From IMG/VR virus record IMGVR_UViG_3300027969_000341, positions 1 to 28,660 of that record: a DNA stretch of 28,660 nt; one strand, written 5' to 3'. Made by a program: the position numbers and the translations under genes. This document shows, one piece after another, positions 26,785 through 28,660 of the stretch (positions are counted from its first letter, which is position 1; the number at the start of each line of letters is the position of its first letter). The notes under the pieces are model-generated. The model was not told the origin of the DNA. It did not search any database and saw nothing but the letters and a program-made list of their open reading frames with translations. The stretch is from a virus (lineage: Duplodnaviria > Caudoviricetes).

Positions 26785-27731
26785 TGCGTAGAGTCAATGG
26801 AAGCGTAATAGGACCAAAGGTACAAACTTCGGCTTCAGGCGCCATTGGCATATGGTCTTTGGGAGAAATGGCTTTATTACAAGTTAGTGGTAATTGGCCC
26901 ACACCAACATATTCTATTGATATAATTGCTGTAGGTGGAGGAGGCGGTGCCGGCGGCACTGATGGATCTACTTCCGGCGCGGGCGGCGGTGCCGGTAGCG
27001 CAGTTTATGGTACTATGACTGTATCAACATCACAAACATTAAGTGTTGTAGCTGGCGGGGGCGGTGGCGTAGGAGCATCAAGTACTACCGGTGGCGGCGG
27101 CTCAGCTGGAGCAAACGGCGGCGGCATTGGTGGTGGCGCTGGCGGATCCCCATCGTCAGGTGCTGGTGGCGGTGGCGGTGGATGGAGTGGAGTATACTCA
27201 GGAGCTACATATTACCTAGTTGCAGGCGGCGGTGGTGCCGCCGAAGGTACTGCAAATGATGTAGCAACACCCGGCGGAGGAAGTCAACCAAACGGAGCTA
27301 ATGGAACTAGTTTAACAGGTGGAAACGGAACGCAATACTCAGGTGATGGTGGCGGAGGTGGTGGAGGTGGTGGCGGATATTACGGTGGATTAGGACAGTC
27401 TAACCTAGCAACAAGTGGCCAAGCATCAGGTGGCGGAAACTATGCAAATGGAACTTATGTTACTGGTTCAAGTTTAAACAACGGTGGTTCAGGTGCTTCA
27501 CAACCCAGCGGTAGTAATCCCGGACTACCGCCATCTATATCATGGACTGGATATTCAAATGATGCCGGAAATGGTGGTAATGGCTCCGGAACTCCAACAT
27601 CAGGAACAGCAGGTAAAGTAATTATTCGTTATCTTGGTGCTCAACGAGGTAGTGGTGGTACATATTCTTCTTCGGGTGGCTATTCATATCACACATTTAC
27701 TGGAACTACTCCAGTGACATTTACAGCGTAA
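26784..27731 (+). CDS. Glycine-rich domain protein (315 aa from ATG 26784), candidate adhesin
   Basis: The track starts at TTG 26766, but ATG 26784 overlaps the upstream TAA (TAATG) and is the more likely start. N-terminal NGSVIG...GIWSL.E...WP, then IIAVGGGGG...GKVIIRY...GGYSYHTFT. Confidence 0.85.
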   Translation: MRRVNGSVIGPKVQTSASGAIGIWSLGEMALLQVSGNWPTPTYSIDIIAVGGGGGAGGTDGSTSGAGGGAGSAVYGTMTVSTSQTLSVVAGGGGGVGASSTTGGGGSAGANGGGIGGGAGGSPSSGAGGGGGGWSGVYSGATYYLVAGGGGAAEGTANDVATPGGGSQPNGANGTSLTGGNGTQYSGDGGGGGGGGGGYYGGLGQSNLATSGQASGGGNYANGTYVTGSSLNNGGSGASQPSGSNPGLPPSISWTGYSNDAGNGGNGSGTPTSGTAGKVIIRYLGAQRGSGGTYSSSGGYSYHTFTGTTPVTFTA

Positions 27732-27739
27732 GGAAATAT

Positions 27740-28309
27740 ATGCCATTAACAAAATTAGAACCATACATGGTAGACACAACAGAAACGTTTACGTTTGCTA
27801 ATACTACTGTAGGTAATATTATCGCTACAAACGTTACTTCATCGGGAACTGTATCAGCTAATACTGCAAATACAGTTACTGCATCTTCACAACCAACAAT
27901 AACAAGTGTGGGTACATTAACTGGATTAGACATTGCAGGTACATTAACATACAATGCAGTAGTTGAACCATTAGTTTATAAGACCGGTGCTACAGGAACA
28001 GTAGTGCATGATGTGTCGCAGGCAGCTACTTTCTATCATGCTAGTATGTCTAGTAATTTTACTGCTAGTTTTTCAAATGTTTCAACAGTCGATGCTAGAA
28101 TTACAACAGTTAGTTTGATATTATCACAAGGTGCAACGGCGTATGTACCAAATGCTAACGTAATCATTAATAGTAATTCACAGACTATAAAATGGTATGG
28201 AAATATAACTCCTTCGGGAACAGTAAACGGTACTGATGTTATAACATTTACCTTTATAAAAGCTAATAACAATTTCACTGCTTTTGGTCAATATGTATTT
28301 TTTATATAA
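27740..28309 (+). CDS. Short fibre protein with C-terminal beta-domain (189 aa)
   Basis: SD AAGGA. N-terminal MPLTKLEPYMVDTTETFTF (paralogous to the 20135 and 22637 N-termini), one QPTITSVGTL repeat, C-terminal ...LILSQG...IKW.G...P.GT..GTDVITF domain. Confidence 0.85.
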   Translation: MPLTKLEPYMVDTTETFTFANTTVGNIIATNVTSSGTVSANTANTVTASSQPTITSVGTLTGLDIAGTLTYNAVVEPLVYKTGATGTVVHDVSQAATFYHASMSSNFTASFSNVSTVDARITTVSLILSQGATAYVPNANVIINSNSQTIKWYGNITPSGTVNGTDVITFTFIKANNNFTAFGQYVFFI

Positions 28310-28311
28310 TT

Positions 28312-28660
28312 ATGCCTAGACTAAATTCTTTCAATAGCGGGTCGTTCGGGATGACCTCCTCATATGCACAAAGCCAGTCATATGCTATTGGTGGAAACTC
28401 TGAATATTTTTCCACAGTCTCAAATATTCGTTATAGAGTCCATGTATTCACTACAATTGGAATTTCAACTTTTATTAATCCTAATCCTAAATTAACTTTT
28501 GATTACTTGATTGTTGCCGGCGGCGGAGGTGGCGGCTATTGTAATCAAGGCGACGGGGGAGCCGGTGGAGGTGGCGCTGGCGGTTTAATTTATGTAACGG
28601 GTGCAACAATTGGAGTTGGAACATATTCTATAGTTGTCGGTGATGGTGGTTCAGCAGCCA
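28312..28660 (+). CDS. 5' part of a fourth glycine-rich domain protein (truncated by window edge)
   Basis: ATG 28312 is open to the window end: MPRLNSFNSGSFG...IGGN...RYRVHVFTT...FDYLIVAGGGGGG...GGGGAGGLIY...YSIVVGDGG. Absent from the ORF track because it has no stop in the window. Confidence 0.85.
   Translation, partial: MPRLNSFNSGSFGMTSSYAQSQSYAIGGNSEYFSTVSNIRYRVHVFTTIGISTFINPNPKLTFDYLIVAGGGGGGYCNQGDGGAGGGGAGGLIYVTGATIGVGTYSIVVGDGGSAA

Noticed and set aside
153-27940. CRISPR-like or other non-coding repeat array from recurring caacc(a/t)aa(c/t)at(t/a)ac motifs
   Set aside because: The repeats are in-frame coding units that vary at third codon positions with irregular long spacing.
50-28278. 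Numerous minus-strand ORFs (e.g. 9584..10624, 346 aa) and short alternative-frame plus ORFs
   Set aside because: They overlap long, motif-rich plus-strand genes and read as antisense shadows of biased Gly/Asn/Thr/Ala codons (Pro/Leu/Val-rich, no recognisable motifs).
1-28660. Giant eukaryotic virus (chlorovirus-like) or cellular S-layer/autotransporter origin
   Set aside because: Shine-Dalgarno motifs, TAATG coupling, operon-like packing, absence of signal peptides or beta-barrel/anchor domains, and phage-type small genes favour a tailed phage. No hallmark capsid or terminase gene is present, so this remains an inference.

Overview
AT-rich, fully coding window with all real genes on the + strand. 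It holds 17 complete and 2 edge-truncated genes, tightly packed with TAATG overlaps, Shine-Dalgarno-like AAGGA/GGAG motifs and ATAA(A/G)TA T4-type late-promoter-like motifs. It reads as the virion fibre/appendage gene cluster of a large tailed (probably jumbo, T4-superfamily-like) phage. The products are Asn/Thr/Gly/Ala-rich repetitive fibre proteins built from a small shared kit of modules, plus PKD-, LamG-, IPT/TIG- and Calx-beta-like domains, four glycine-rich candidate adhesins and small adaptor/chaperone-like genes. No RNA genes, CRISPR array, mobile element or enzyme gene was recognised. The most interesting signal is a recurrent junction grammar: a given C-terminal or internal module is repeatedly followed in gene order by a protein with a matching N-terminal motif, twice through a three-repeat adaptor gene. 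This suggests a plug-and-socket code for assembling a long, branched multi-protein fibre whose topology is mirrored in gene order. Domain names come from motif recognition by eye; no database search or computation was run.
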